Below are positions 39,156 to 52,828 of a stretch of DNA of 64,000 nucleotides, piece by piece; the first letter of the stretch is position 1, and each line of letters starts with the position of its first letter. The stretch spans positions 14,198,001 to 14,262,000 of the forward strand of contig OX597826.1 in the NCBI GenBank assembly GCA_951406725.2. The letters run 5' to 3'. The notes beneath the pieces are model-generated. The model had not been told where the DNA came from, did no database searches, and saw nothing but the letters and a program-made list of their open reading frames with translations. This DNA is from Octopus vulgaris. Its lineage: Eukaryota. The position numbers and the translations under genes are program-made.

Positions 39156-39342
39156 GGCAGCGAGCAGGCAGAACTCTTTGTGCTTAAAGGCATTTCTTCT
39201 GGCATGACGTCTAAGTTCAATTTCCGCCAATGTCGACCTTACCTTTCATCCCTTCGGATAAAATAAGTACCAGTTGAGCACTGGAATCGAGAAACCCCCA
39301 CCTACCATGTTTCAGACCTTATGTCTAAAGCAGAGAGAATAT
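39156..39342 (+). mobile_element. SINE family A, diverged
   Basis: ggcagcgagcaggcagaa..gtcgaccttacctttcatcc..aataagtaccagttgagcactgg. Confidence 0.7.
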
Positions 39343-40142
39343 TCTGTGGTGTCTGGGGAGAGAATATTATTGTTAGCAATAATGTATTAGACTAGAGCTA
39401 TTTGTATAAAATGATATTAAAACAAGCGTGTGTCTAATATTTCTACTAATTCTCCGAACAGGAAAGCGTATTCGGCGTTAAACACATCAAGTTTCAGAGT
39501 GCACCTCCTCTCCAAAAAAGAAAATAAATAAATTAACACTAATACGCAGACAGTCATAGCGAGAAATACAAATGACATACTATTCCAAAACTTCTACTGC
39601 GGGTGTATAAAACAGCCGAGAAGAGTAAGTCATCAGTAGAATCCAAATACGCATAAAATTTTCAAGTCCTATTGATTCTCGGGAATGTGTGGCAGAGAGA
39701 ATGAAGAGCTATTTATTTCTCTTTAGATTTTCTTGCATGAGTTACACATTTTATTAAGACTATCAAACTATCAATGCGAAGAATGTTAAGATAACTATCG
39801 ATCACGCATCAAATACAAAAATATCTAAAGACCTGAGAGAATCAATGTCGAAAGTAATGTTCCAATATATTTTTTGTTTTAATTTATATATTTTTTAATA
39901 ATGTCTGGCAAAGTATTACTGCTGATCTGTTGGACTCGCAGTTAGACATGATTCTGTGGTATATTCTGCACAACTGAAAGGTTAACTTGCATAAACATTT
40001 CCTATGACTTTTGTTTGTATTTTGAATAAATAAATTTCATTATATTAATATATTTTTTAAAGTTTATTTTTGAATCATGATCATACTCATGATAATTAGC
40101 GCCATCAATGTAATCCATATTCTAATGTAGAATGTTCTCCGT

Positions 40143-40177
<35 letters not shown>

Positions 40178-40294
40178 TATCGCCATTGTCGTTGTCGTCA
40201 GCGTCATCACTATTGCCTTCTTCTTCTGCTATTTTTTAGTTTTCCTTTTCTTCTTCTTCACAACAACAGCAGCTACTGTTACAATAACAATATG

Positions 40295-40845
40295 GTTTCA
40301 AATTTCGGAATAAGCCCAGCAATATCGGGGAAGGGGTAAGCTGATTGCATCGACCCCAGTGCTCAATTCGGATTTATTTTATCGACACGGGAAGGAAGAG
40401 AGGTATAGTCGGCCTGGGTGGAACTTGAACGCAGAACGTAAGGCCGGACGAAGTACCTATTTCTTTAGTACCCACAAGGGGCTAGACACAGAAAGGACAA
40501 ACAAGGACAGACAAACGGACAAAGTCGATCACATCGACCCCAGTGCGTAACTGGTGCTTATTTAATCGCTCCCGAAAGGATGAAAGGCAAAGTCGACCTC
40601 GACGAAATTTGAACTCAGAACGTAACGGCAGACGAAATACCTATTTCTTTACTACCCACAAGGGGCTAAACACAGAGGGGACAAACAAGGACAGACAAAG
40701 GGATTACGTCGTTTATATCGACCCCAGTGCGTAACTGGTACTTATTTGATCGACCCCAAAAGGATGAAAGGCAAAGTCAACCTCGACGGAATTTGAACTC
40801 AGAACGTAACGGCAGACGAAAAACCGCTAAATATTTCGCCCGGTG
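40295..40845 (-). mobile_element. Head-to-tail trimer of SINE family A with 184-bp period
   Basis: Equivalent positions at 40450, 40634 and 40818; same junction type in both cases. Confidence 0.9.
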
Positions 40846-41251
40846 TAATATCATCATCAGCAGCGACAGCGGCAGCAGCAGCAGCAGCAGCAGCAGCATT
40901 AGTAGTAGTAGTAGTAGTCTAAATAAACATTAACATATACTGTACCTAAGTCACGAAGTCAGTATTAAAACCATGAACATCAATCTACTTTCCTCAAAAT
41001 ATCATGGCTGAAAGAATGAGAGGACACTACAGCAGAATGTAGTTTCCTTCCTGTTTGTATAGACTTCTGCCGGATGTATTGATGTCGGTTAAATTAATAT
41101 TTTGGATGGAAATTTAAGAGTATATTTAATAATAACACCGAATGTTTGAATACCCGAGGTTATTGGGAAGTGGCGGCAAAAATTAAATTTGTGCACTGCT
41201 GAATGAAAACTAATAATAAAACAGCTGGGCCTGACTTGATTCTAAACTCGT

Positions 41252-41665
41252 TACTCTTTTACTCTTTTACTTGTTTCAGTCATTTGACTGCGGCCATGCT
41301 GGAGCACCGCCTTTAGTCGAGCAGATCGACCCCAGGACTTATTCTTTGTAAACTTAGCACTTATTCTATCGGTGTCTTTTGCCGAACTGCTAAGTTACAG
41401 GGACGTAAATACAACACCATCTGTTGTCAAGCGATGTTCGGTGGACAAAAACAGACACACATACATACACACATACACACACACATACATACATATATAT
41501 ATACGATGGGCTTCTTTCAGTTTCCGTCTACCAAATCCACTCACAAGGCTTTGGTCGGCCCGAGGCTGTAGTAGAGGACACATGCCCAAGGTGCCACGCA
41601 GTGGGACTGAACCCGGAAGCATGTGGTAGGTAAGCAAGCTACCTACCACACAGCCACTCCTGCGC
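41252..41665 (-). mobile_element. SINE family B, full length
   Basis: Reverse complement matches 34918-35357. Confidence 0.9.
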
Positions 41666-42315
41666 CGTTAAACTCTGGAAATGTAGAAAGGAAAGAAACG
41701 TTATACTGAGATCACAGTCGACAACATTTTTAATATACACTAAACAATATACATAACAGAAAACAATGACAATTTTGTACCTGCGTAGTGACAGATGAAA
41801 CTGGCGGTTCTGCATCTTGCATCTGATATCACAGTGCAGCATATTTCATTGTCAAGTTACTTTACACCGCCTTCCAATAACATCTCCCAATTATTTCCTT
41901 TCCCTGTGTATGTATATAACTCGCAAACTGCACTCTTTACGCCTATCAATCAATCAATCGATATCTGCGTGCGTCTTTGTGTAGGTGTGCGCGTGTGTTC
42001 GTCTGTGCGTGTCTCAGAGTGTGTCTGTGTGAGTGTCTGGTAATATGTGTGTGTGTGCGTATGTGTGCGTGCGTACACGTGTGTGTTTTGAAGAATAATA
42101 TTTCGAATGAGACACCAAAAACAACCAATATTTCGTACTTCACATAAATCATTGTATATCCAAAATCCAGTCGAGTGTTAAATATTATGTGTCCACCATT
42201 TTTTTTTGGTATTATGTACATTTGAATATTTTACTGAATGTCATATCTGAGAGTAAAATGCAAAAAGAGTGTCAATTTAAATTCTTTATTATAACACCAA
42301 AAAATATATATCTAT

Positions 42316-42525
42316 ATTTCTTTACTACCCACAAGGGGCTAAACGCAGACAAACGGATTAAGTCGATTACATCGACTCCAGTGCGTAACAGGTACTTAAT
42401 TGATCGACCCCGAAAGGATGAAAGGCAAAGTCGACCTCGGCGGGATTTCAACTCAGAACGTAACGGCAGATGAAATACCGTTAGCATTTCGCCCGACGTG
42501 CTGACGTTTCTGCTAGCTCGCCGCC
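42316..42525 (-). mobile_element. SINE family A, tail variant 1 with small deletion
   Basis: Reverse complement matches 2927-3156. Confidence 0.85.
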
Positions 42526-42708
42526 TCTCCCAAAATATAACCTTTACACGTATTTCAGTAGTGAACGAATGCTAACACGTTGTGTGGTATTCGTTCCGTG
42601 GAAGTGTGCATAAAATTGAAACACCTACTTTTATATATATATACATACATATATATATGTATATACATATATGTATGTATGCATGTATATATGTATATAT
42701 ATGCACTC

Positions 42709-42739
<31 letters not shown>

Positions 42740-42774
42740 CACATTCATACATATCTATTTATCTATCTATCTAC

Positions 42775-42838
<64 letters not shown>

Positions 42839-43196
42839 GTACATATATATATATATATACATATACATACATATGAATATATATATACATACATGAGCAT
42901 GTCTAGATATGCAACTATATGCATCAGAATAGATGGCAAATTAATTTATTTTGCACATTGATACAGAAACTCGAGTCTAAGGGTAGCTACAAAAATATTT
43001 TAATTTTAATTCCCTTTGAAATTGCTCTTATTTGTGGTTTGGGCTTTAACTGCCCTTTCTAGCATGGAAGGTGTCCTCTTAAACTTAATCTCTTTCGTGT
43101 GTAAACCGTAAATTGTTGGTATACTATTCTATATATACATATACTTTTTGTTCTCTCTTATATATATATATATATGTAAATAAATACACACACACA

Positions 43197-43253
<57 letters not shown>

Positions 43254-44906
43254 ATATGCATGCATCGTACACATCGTAGCTTTTATATTTTTATATGTAT
43301 ATATAAATGCATATTTTACCTTCAAATGCATATTTATATTTATTGCGTATCTATCACTTTTTTTATATTGATATACAATTCTAATTTACCTTTGCAAATC
43401 ACATATCGTACTTTTTCCTTTTTATTATGAGTCACTCCGCGTCGGTCACCGAAGTGATATTTGATTACTTTATAGCGTGTTTGAGCGTCGATTTGGTGTC
43501 AGGAATGGGATAGCATACCTCATGGGCAGGTAGAAGCTCTTTAAACTTAGTTTTTAATCTACCTAGGAGAAATAAATCTCTGAAATAAAACCTGAGGCCT
43601 TGGAAGTTCCTGGTTTTGTCAATTTCCATATCACACCGGCGAAAGTCTTCTTGGGCCAATAGGTGAGAGTAGTGCAGAGCAAACTACACCCACCAAAAAT
43701 TATTCATCTGCACAGGTACTTCATGTACTCCAAATCTTGATAAAATCATTGAATTGGTTGTTGGGCAGAGACCTAAAAATGGTCTTGTAACTTACTCTAA
43801 AATGCATGCATGTATGTATGTATATTGTAATTATAACGTATTCGACTTCGGATGTACTTAATCATCAAGTATGGGAGAGAAAATTGGGAACATCCTACAA
43901 AGAAAATCAGAAGAAATAGTATAGAAATTGAACCGAGTAGGGAAGGGAAATCAATAAATGTACGTTTTGGACGTGGTTGGTCTTTTATCTACAGCAAGAA
44001 TTGGAAGAGAAAGCAGAAATGGAAAGAGTAAGAAGATTGCACTCGTTTAGATCTGTGATATAGCTGAGTAACGGAGAAGTATCGGAAGTTTGTGAACAAA
44101 TTCTTCTTAAGCTTGTGATGAGGTAATATGCTTGAGAAGTGCGGAGGAATTAATGAAAGTGAAGGATATGTGACATGCACAGGATGTGACGGGGGCGTGA
44201 AAAGAAGCATTCGAAATATATGTATGTGCATGTGTTTGCATCAATGAATGGGGAGTGAATTTATAAACAGAGTGTTTGCAAATGCGTGTGTGTACGATGA
44301 GAATGTAATATATTTCTGTGAAGTGTGAAAGGCGTTACAGTGTAAAGTTATTGGTGCGATGAATGAGGTGAGAAAACTGTATGAGAATATGAGTGGAGAA
44401 TGTGGAGTGTGTGGACGTGTATGTGTGTTGTGTGTGTGGGAGAAATGGATTTATTCAACTAGAAACTGGTGCGAAGTGTCTGTGCATGAGTAAATATTGA
44501 ATTTAAATATATGAATGAAAATGTGTGTCACTGTTTGATAATTTTACGCTATATTCAAAGCGTAAATTTATGGCGGTTTCGTATGGCGTTGTGGTGATGG
44601 TTGGTGAAATGTATGTCAGCATATTTGTGCAGAATTTTGGATCATGTGGAGTGCATTCCGTGAATTCAGCTTGTAAATACGGGTGTTGTGGAGGAACGAA
44701 AGTCGATGGTCGATAACAAAAGAAGTTACTGTGTTTAAGCAGAAACTTTGCTGTTGTACGAAACACAAGACAGAAATCAGGAGTAACTTTGTAGTGAATT
44801 ATTACCAGCACCAGACACGTACGCACACACACGCACGTACGCACACGCACGCACGTACGCACACACACGTACGCACACACACACACACACACACACATAC
44901 ACACAC

Positions 44907-45215
44907 GTGGAGGCACATGGCCTAGTTGTTTGAGCAGCGGACTCGCGGTCGAGGGATCGAGGGTTCGAATCTCAGACCGGACGATGTGTGTGATTATGAG
45001 CGAAACACCTAAGCTCCACGTGGCTCCGGCAGAAGGTAATGGCAAAACTTCTGCTGACTCTTCCGCCACAATTTCCTCTCACTCTATCCTACTTGCAGCT
45101 CACCTGCGATGCACCGGCTTCCCGTCCAGTTGGGGAACCTATACGCCAAGAAACCGGGAAACCGGCCCTTATGAGCCAGGCATGGCTCGAGAAGGAACAA
45201 GAACAATAACAAAAC
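44907..45215 (+). mobile_element. SINE family C (tRNA-derived head, (CAA)n-type tail)
   Basis: A-box TGGCCTAGTTG, B-box GGTTCGAATC, body aaacacctaagctccacg, tail catggctcgagaaggaacaagaacaataac. Confidence 0.85.
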
Positions 45216-46631
45216 ATACAGACACACACACAAGTATACAAAGATAAAGCTCAGAATAGAACTAACTAAAGTATTGAGACAGATTTGAATTATCTGGTGC
45301 TGTTATACTAAAAATTCAATGCTAAAGATATGGTGCCAAAAGGGAGCATCCAAACCATAATTCAATCACTCCTATAATACAGTTAGTTGCAGTGCTGGAA
45401 TTCAGTACTCTAGATGATGTTTTACAGGTGAATGTGTTTTGTAAAGGTGACCCAGTGTGTGTAGGGTGCTATACTCTCCGAGACAGTGACAAACTATAAA
45501 CAAGTGGAGTGGGAGCACACTAATGATCAAGGCTGAGTGTGGTGAGGGTTAAAAGTATTGAGTACGAAATATAAAAGATTGCTGTATCGACTGGAGAAAT
45601 AAAGTATTGATGTGATTCTAAGTGGAAGGCATCAGTATCGTATTGGAGGGAACGTGCTGGGAAATGTTGAGGTGACATAGAACTTGAGGAAAGATAAGTG
45701 CAGGGAAGGAGACGATGGATTGCGTCTCGTTAAAATAATTATGTAGTAGGAAGAAGCGCACTATAAGATGTGAACTGGTCATCGAAGAGAATGTCTCAGT
45801 TAGAGAAGTGGCGGACTGGGAGAAAGTTTAGGCGCGGGAGAACATGTATAGTTTGAATGAGTAGGATGTAAAATCGACACTTGAAACTGAATCTGTAAAA
45901 GAAAAATCTCAAGTGACGCAGTTGTGAGGGTCAATAGAACCCGTTTACCAGGCTAACTCTTACTTACTTACGAATCCATTTCCGTTACCCTGTTTGAGGA
46001 CAGATTATGATCCACATTATTTCTCTTCTACTGGCCTCATCTCAGTGACATACGTTCGTTATACCTCTGATTGCATCGTCACCAAAACTTTTACCTTCGG
46101 ACACTTCATCTTCTGTGTTTCTTTCCCAACGGAACTTATCTTTTCCAACTGATTCCCAATCCTACTTTCATTTCACCTCATCCCACCCTATTAACATCTA
46201 ATTACAATTACTGCACTGTATCACTCCCACTTCTGTAGCCGAATTTACACGAGTTTCTATTACCAAGAACTAGTCTATCGCATCGTCCGCTTCTTCCCAC
46301 AACCTGGTTACCCACACGTGTCTTCTAGGGCTATCGTGTGGTCAATCAGGACTCACGCCATTAGCCATAATGTATAATCTCTAATTCGAGCCCACTCTAA
46401 GCTACTAAGAATGCGTGTGGCAATTTGAAGATCCCCTCACCACACGCTATACACTGGCGGTTGGACGGACGTGAAAGCTACGCTGTTATCCTCATTCCGT
46501 CAACGGTGGCTTTTAACGGGTGGAGAGCTGAACCATCCTGGGGTACAGAGGATTCGCAATCTAGACTAAGTTCTGAAAGTTCACCACACCATAGTGGGTT
46601 ACACCATGGTTCCTTTGCTCTGTGGCAGAAG

Positions 46632-47190
46632 TAGGAAGAAAGAGTGAGAGAAAGTTGTGGTGAAAGAGTGCAGTGGGGTTCACCACCACCCGCCGCTGGA
46701 GCCTCGTGGAGCTTTGGTGTTTTTGCTCAATAAACACTCACAGTGGCTGGTCTGGGAATCGAAACAGCGTTCTTACGACTGCGAGTCTGCTGCCCTAACC
46801 ACTGGGCCATTGCGCCTCCACTGTTGTTGTTGTTGAGCGAATGGTCTTCGTCCCAGAGCTCGCAAGATGGGAGAAGTCCGAAACGTGGTCATTTGCTATT
46901 CGTAAGACCCGTAGAAGAGAAAGCAGGTCAACCCCCGACACCGAGCGCATCGACGGATGGATGAATGTGCATCCAGGCTCAGCGGTTACGTACGAAGTCG
47001 GAGACAAGAAACAGGAAGAAAGAGGGAGAGAAAGAGTACAACAGGGGTCGCCATCACCCCCTGCCGGAGCCTCGTGGAGCTTTAGGTGTTTTCGCTCAAT
47101 AAACACACACAACGCCCGCTCTGGAAATCGAAACCGCGTTCTTACGACCGCGAGTCCGCAGCCCTAACCACTGGGCCATTGCATTTCCAC
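46632..47190 (-). mobile_element. Two tandem SINE family C copies (46632-46821 truncated; 46822-47190 with a different tail)
   Basis: Minus-strand heads gtggaggcgcaatggcccagtggttagggc; body shared with 44907-45215. Confidence 0.85.
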
Positions 47191-48565
47191 TGTTGTTGTT
47201 GTAGTCGTTGTTGTCGTTGTTGTTTAATCAATATATTTTCCCTCATTTCAAGAGACGCATTTTATCATGGCACTGTATGTTTTTTAAAATGTTGTTTGTT
47301 CGATCTGTAATTTACTGTATTGAAACTTTGTCAATTTTGTTGCTGAACTGACATAAAGAAAAAGTGGGTGTAATCAAATTCCATCAGGAACCAGGAAGGG
47401 GCCAATATTGTTAAACACGTCCTGTTTTGCAAATTGTATTTTGAAAATATTCTAATAAAACAGCAGGTTTTGTTGCGGAAAAAGAAAGAAAGGATGATTG
47501 CATTATACGGACGAATGAGCGACGTTGGAATGCAAGCGCTGTCCTTCAATCTCTTTCAACTAAAATTTAATAAAACAATCCACTCCATAATCAACAACAC
47601 TGCTGACCAATGCTAAAAAAATCAGTTCGAAAAGTTCCACTATTGCCGTAAAAAAAAATCAACTTCACAATAACAATAACAACAGTAGCTCTTCTTCGAC
47701 CTCTGGAATTATAGCAATCACAGCCTTGATGTAATGTACCATGAACAGAAACACAAATGACATCCATAACACCATTTAATATGACAAGAGGCATCAGTAA
47801 CAGGAATTCTATAGGTTACAGAACGTGTTTTGAAAAAGTGACACGCTCCACTCGAACCACAAGAAAGCGCAATTAGATTTCAGTAGAAGAGAAGAAACTG
47901 TGAGAGACTAAAATGTTTCATCGTGAGCGGGAGGGGAAGAGAGAGATGGAGAGAGAGAGAAAGAGAGAGGGAGAGAGAGGGAGACTATTCGATCCTCTGG
48001 TAACAAGCTGTAAAGCTAATGTCATTTTACCAATATTTGACTGGGGAGGATAAAATAGAGTCCACATGAAATCTGGTGAAGAAGTGACAGACAGTCATAC
48101 ATATTTTGCCATATACAATAGGTGACATAGATCGGTTGATATGGGATTTCTCTCAGAAGTTTCTACGAATAGACGATTCACAGTCCTTGTTAAATGAGGA
48201 CGTCACTCTCACCTCGATTTCCTCTGCCGTTGAAGTTCGTGGGTGTAGCATAAGAAAGAAACATTTCGTAGATGGTGGAGCTTAAGGAAGAAACAGTGTT
48301 GGATGAAATACCCCCTCAGGACAAATGTAGCAACTCCTATCCCTTAGGTAAGCATAACAAAGAAAAACCTGAAAATCATGCATTTACATGTATAGGCACG
48401 ACTATTACCTTTTCTACTCCAATATCTTCCACTCTACGGCATAATTAAACAAGTAGGACACCCATAGAATGGCAAATATTCGACTCTAAAATGACAAATA
48501 CCAAGGTGAAAATTAATGGCTTTAAATAACAAGAATACCATCAACAAAAACATACACTACAAAAG

Positions 48566-48724
48566 TAGGAGTGGCTGTGTGGTAAGTAGCTTGGTTACGA
48601 ACAACATAGTTCCGGGTTCAGTCCCAGTGCAGGGCACTTTGGGCAAGTGTCTTCTACTATAGCCTCGGGCCGACCAAAGCCTTGTGAGTGGATTTGGTAG
48701 ACGGAAACTGAAAGAAGCCCGTTG

Positions 48725-48757
<33 letters not shown>

Positions 48758-48965
48758 GTGTATAAGTTTGTGTCTGTGTTCGCCCCACCCAGCATCGCTT
48801 GACAACCGATACTGGTGTATTTACATCCCCGTAACTTAGCGGTTCGGCAAAAAGAGACCGATGGAATAAGTACTAAGCTTACTGGAGTCGATTTGCTCGA
48901 CTAAAGGCGGTGCTCTAGCATGGCCACAGTCAAAATGACTGAAACAAGTAAAACAGTAAAAGAGT
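48566..48965 (+). mobile_element. SINE family B
   Basis: aggagtggctgtgtggtaag..gactgaaacaagtaaaacagtaaaagag. Confidence 0.9.
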
Positions 48966-50769
48966 GATACCAAACACAATAACATGCACGCTATATATAG
49001 AACGATATATTTGATAAAATCATTAGAACAACTGTGATGACAACTATAGAGGGGAAAGGATTATGGGTTGAGGCACTTAGTGAAACAAGATGAAGAGGCC
49101 ACAAAAACCGTAGATATACTTTTGATATATATAACATTATAACACTGCAAATGCATGTTGAACAGGTCCCCAGAAGCCTTAATGACCTGTAAAGAGACAA
49201 CTGCATAAACAATATTTCCCATGACCGGTGGAGAGTGACACGAACTGATTTATTTGGTTGGTTCAGATAAAATATAACATATCCCGCTCGTCTTCATCTA
49301 ATGTCACTTGGTGTCCTTAGTTTACTGAACGCAGATGTGGTAAAAGTCTAAGAGAGGCCATTATCAGGCTGGTGTTATTAAATGTATAGTACCTAGTTTC
49401 TTTATTTCCTGTCACATCGAGCTAGTGGTACTTTTAGTACTATGTGATAGATTTATCTGATGAAATGTTTTTCAAAATTTTCAGTCCGATTCTTAACAAG
49501 ATTTCCTGGATTATCCCCGATCAGTTGCCTTTTTGAAACTTTATTCACATTAAAAATCGTGGCGTGATCTTCCAACACAACGTATGCCCTTGGTACCTAG
49601 GCATCATTCTCTGGTGTCAGATGAACTGCTCCCTTTGGACGTCAATGTCAGTGGGAATCATAATCAACTCTTCACTCATCCATGGGATATCAAAGTTCAG
49701 TTTAGCCTACGCTTTGCTATATCGCCCAACCGATCACGTTACACTAAACGCGCATTAGATATTCATCTACATGCACTTTCGTAGGTTTTCTCTACCTAGT
49801 TGCTCTTCTTTCTTGTGCTTGCTCATATACTCTTTGGCTTCGGAGTGAAAAAAGATTTTTCCAGGGAACCTTCTTTGCTCTCCTTAGACAACCGACCTTT
49901 CTTCTGTTGTGTTTGCATCTGTGATTTGTTAAATAAAAAAAAAACATTGCATGAGAATTCTGATTATCGCGGCTATAAGTTATAGCGAACACCGCAAATA
50001 TAGTTCTGTTCATATTGTTTCTACAGCAGCGGCTCCTGCCGCTGCTGCTGGTGATGAGGACGATGACGAAGATGACGATAACGACGACTACGACGACGAC
50101 GATGACGACAACGATGATGATGATGACGATAATAACCTTCATGGTATATTGCTGGTGTTAGTAGCGAAAATGGATCTAGCTAGTTTCATTCGCAAAATGA
50201 GTCCCCTATAATTTTGCTAAGATTGCTTTCAATTTTAGTGTATCGATGCAACTAAATTTTGATCACAATCAACCATTGCTTTATCTCGTAAATTAAAAAT
50301 ATTGATGTTATTTGAAATTAAAGTTGGGAAATTTGGGTAATTTTAGCCAATCAACAGACGTTGTTCTGTATTGATTCTGCACCTCACAAGATTCTTTTCA
50401 CCCGCGTGTTTTGCTTTAGTTTTTCTGTGTGTTTGTATATTACATATTTTTCTGTGATTCTCTGTGTTAGTATTTTTACATATTTTTCATTTTATATATT
50501 TTTTGGACAAATTCTTTGTTGACCAGTGTTATTCTTATCGTAGTTTACAAATCCAAGCATGAAAACGTTACTCAATTTTGGAGTTTTGAAGACAGACGCT
50601 TCCTTTTCACACACACACATGCACTTATATATTGATTATGTGTACAAATACACGACAGGTATTCATAATACTGAAATATGCATAAATTAAACACATGCAG
50701 ACAAATATATTAATATAACAATTAAAAAAAATATAAAACATACAATTAAGGAAAAAATAAAAGAAACAG

Positions 50770-51873
50770 TAAGAAGATACATGTTGATTTTATTAGATAT
50801 TTCCTTTTATTTAGAAACCTACAATAAACAGGTGATTTCACTGACGCTAAACTATAAATTTCACAGGGTACAACATTAAAGTTGACATCGCTCCGCTAAA
50901 CGCAGAAAATTTCTGTCTCGCTTTTGGCTAAAAGTACACATTTTTTTTTTCGATTTTTAAATTTCTGTAAATCTCTCCATTTCTTTCACTACAACATCAT
51001 ACCTTCATAGCAATAAGAGTGGATAACTACAATATTATACACAATTTTCGAATTTATTATTTCATTTTAAAAAGTGCATATTTTGTGAATTAGTTTAACT
51101 AGATCCGCGAAAATTAATGTGCTGTTTATGGTAATGGCAGTTGTTGTTTTGGATATACCGACCGGTGTTCGCAAATCCCCAGTAGAGGAAAAATCATTTT
51201 GACTATTTTCCCTCTGTGGCTTATACTGTCCCTCCAGTGATGATTTTTGTTTGTCCGTGGCTTTATTCGTGATAGAAAGTGATGCTTTTGTCTCTGTCTC
51301 GCAATTTTCAAAAGTAGCTGTGTGTTATTGGCAGTAACGGTAGTGGTGCTAGAGGATGCGATTCTGCTGTTGTTGCTGGTTGTTGTTGTTAAGCAACAAT
51401 ACGGGTAAGGGTGATGGTCTAGGGCTTAGGGGTGGGAGACCCCAGACTTTGGAAAAAAAAACTTTGGTCGTCTTGTTGTAATCGAGAGCTCTTCGTTGAC
51501 GCCCGACACCACTGGGAGGTGACCCTCGAAGTCGCTGGAAATGGAGATCTCCAGGTCCAAATTCTTGAACGGCGTTGTTGCTGGTGTTGTTTACTCTGTC
51601 AAATATGCCGATGATCGGAACGTCATCGGTCGCACCTTCAAGGAAAGGAATGAAATTATACTTTTTGAGGGGGATTTTCATCTCCATATTTATTCTCCCC
51701 ACCACCTTGTTCTCTATTTTCTCTCTTATTCTTATTTTCTCCCCTTTATGCTCTCCCCACTGCCCGCCTCGTTGAGACTCGCTGTCATATTCAACTTTCT
51801 CTTCATTATAAATTTAGAAGAAAGTTTAAAAGAGAAAACAAATCTTTTAACTAATTCCATTCTTAATCATTTC
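50770..51873 (-). other. Candidate terminal exon / 3' UTR of an unidentified minus-strand transcript
   Basis: Minus-strand acceptor (ttgac..long T-rich tract..tttttgcag|G) at 51873; AATAAA at 50806-50811 and 50789-50794 followed by a U/GU-rich tract; non-repetitive sequence. Confidence 0.3.
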
Positions 51874-52368
51874 CTGCAAAAAGAAAAAAAAAAGCGCAAT
51901 AAGTCAACATAACAATTGGGAAGCATATCCACGAAACGAGAAAAAACTATGAATAATTATTCCAACGGTTGTGCAGCGATAAGGGAAACGTGATGTAAAG
52001 ACAATAACAATTTCTAATTTATTTGAAGGCCACAAATTTTAAGGTGGGTGAGTTGTCGTCACCAACACTTCACTGCTTTAATTGACTTCAAAGGAAGGAA
52101 AGACCAAGCTGACCTTGCCGATATTTGGAGTCTGAATGGGGACAAGTTCTCAAGGTTTTTTCCCAACGTTCTAACCGTTCTAAAGTGTTATGGAAAAGCG
52201 TGACCCACTGATCTTCTGAATGGCACACCAAGGAAAAAGTACCATGAATTTTTTTCAGTAGTGCGGCCCGCCTGATGATGTAGCATATTTCAAGCGGCCG
52301 GCTTTTCAAAAAATGCTGTCCACGCCTCTTCTTACAATCCGGAAGCGCGCTGCCCTACTGGTAAGGTT

Positions 52369-52404
52369 AATAACATTCTCATTTTATCGTAGTAGCTGCA
52401 ACGG

Positions 52405-52465
<61 letters not shown>

Positions 52466-52575
52466 CAATACTACTACTACTAATACTACTACCACCAATA
52501 CCACTACCCCTACTACCACTACCACAACTACCACTACTACCACTACTTCTACTACTACTACTACTACCACCACCG

Positions 52576-52633
<58 letters not shown>

Positions 52634-52828
52634 ACACTGCTCCAACTGGTCTTGCTGCTGCTGCTAAACCTGCTGCTTCCATTACCTCTACTGCTACATG
52701 TAGTAGTAGTAGTAATAGTGGCGGCAGCAGCACCAGTAGTAGTAGTAGAAGTCATAGGAGAAGCAGCAGCAGCAGCAGCAGCAGCAGTAGTGCGGTTGCA
52801 GCTACTTCGATAATATGAGAATGTTATT
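52369..52828. repeat. 34-bp inverted repeat (32/34) enclosing (CTA)n and (TAG/CAG)n tracts
   Basis: aataacattctcattttatcgtagtagctgcaac (52369-52402) versus 52795-52828. Confidence 0.9.

Noticed and set aside
40295-40845. CRISPR-like array
   Set aside because: Eukaryotic context; the units are whole SINE bodies with no unique spacers and no cas genes.
44907-44985. tRNA gene
   Set aside because: A and B boxes are present, but the sequence runs into a repeated SINE body and tail and I see no proper acceptor stem.
45250-45900. Possible LINE 3' remnant
   Set aside because: Too decayed to recover any diagnostic motif.
51349-51705. 118-aa minus-strand ORF as a protein gene
   Set aside because: No recognisable domain; more consistent with UTR sequence.
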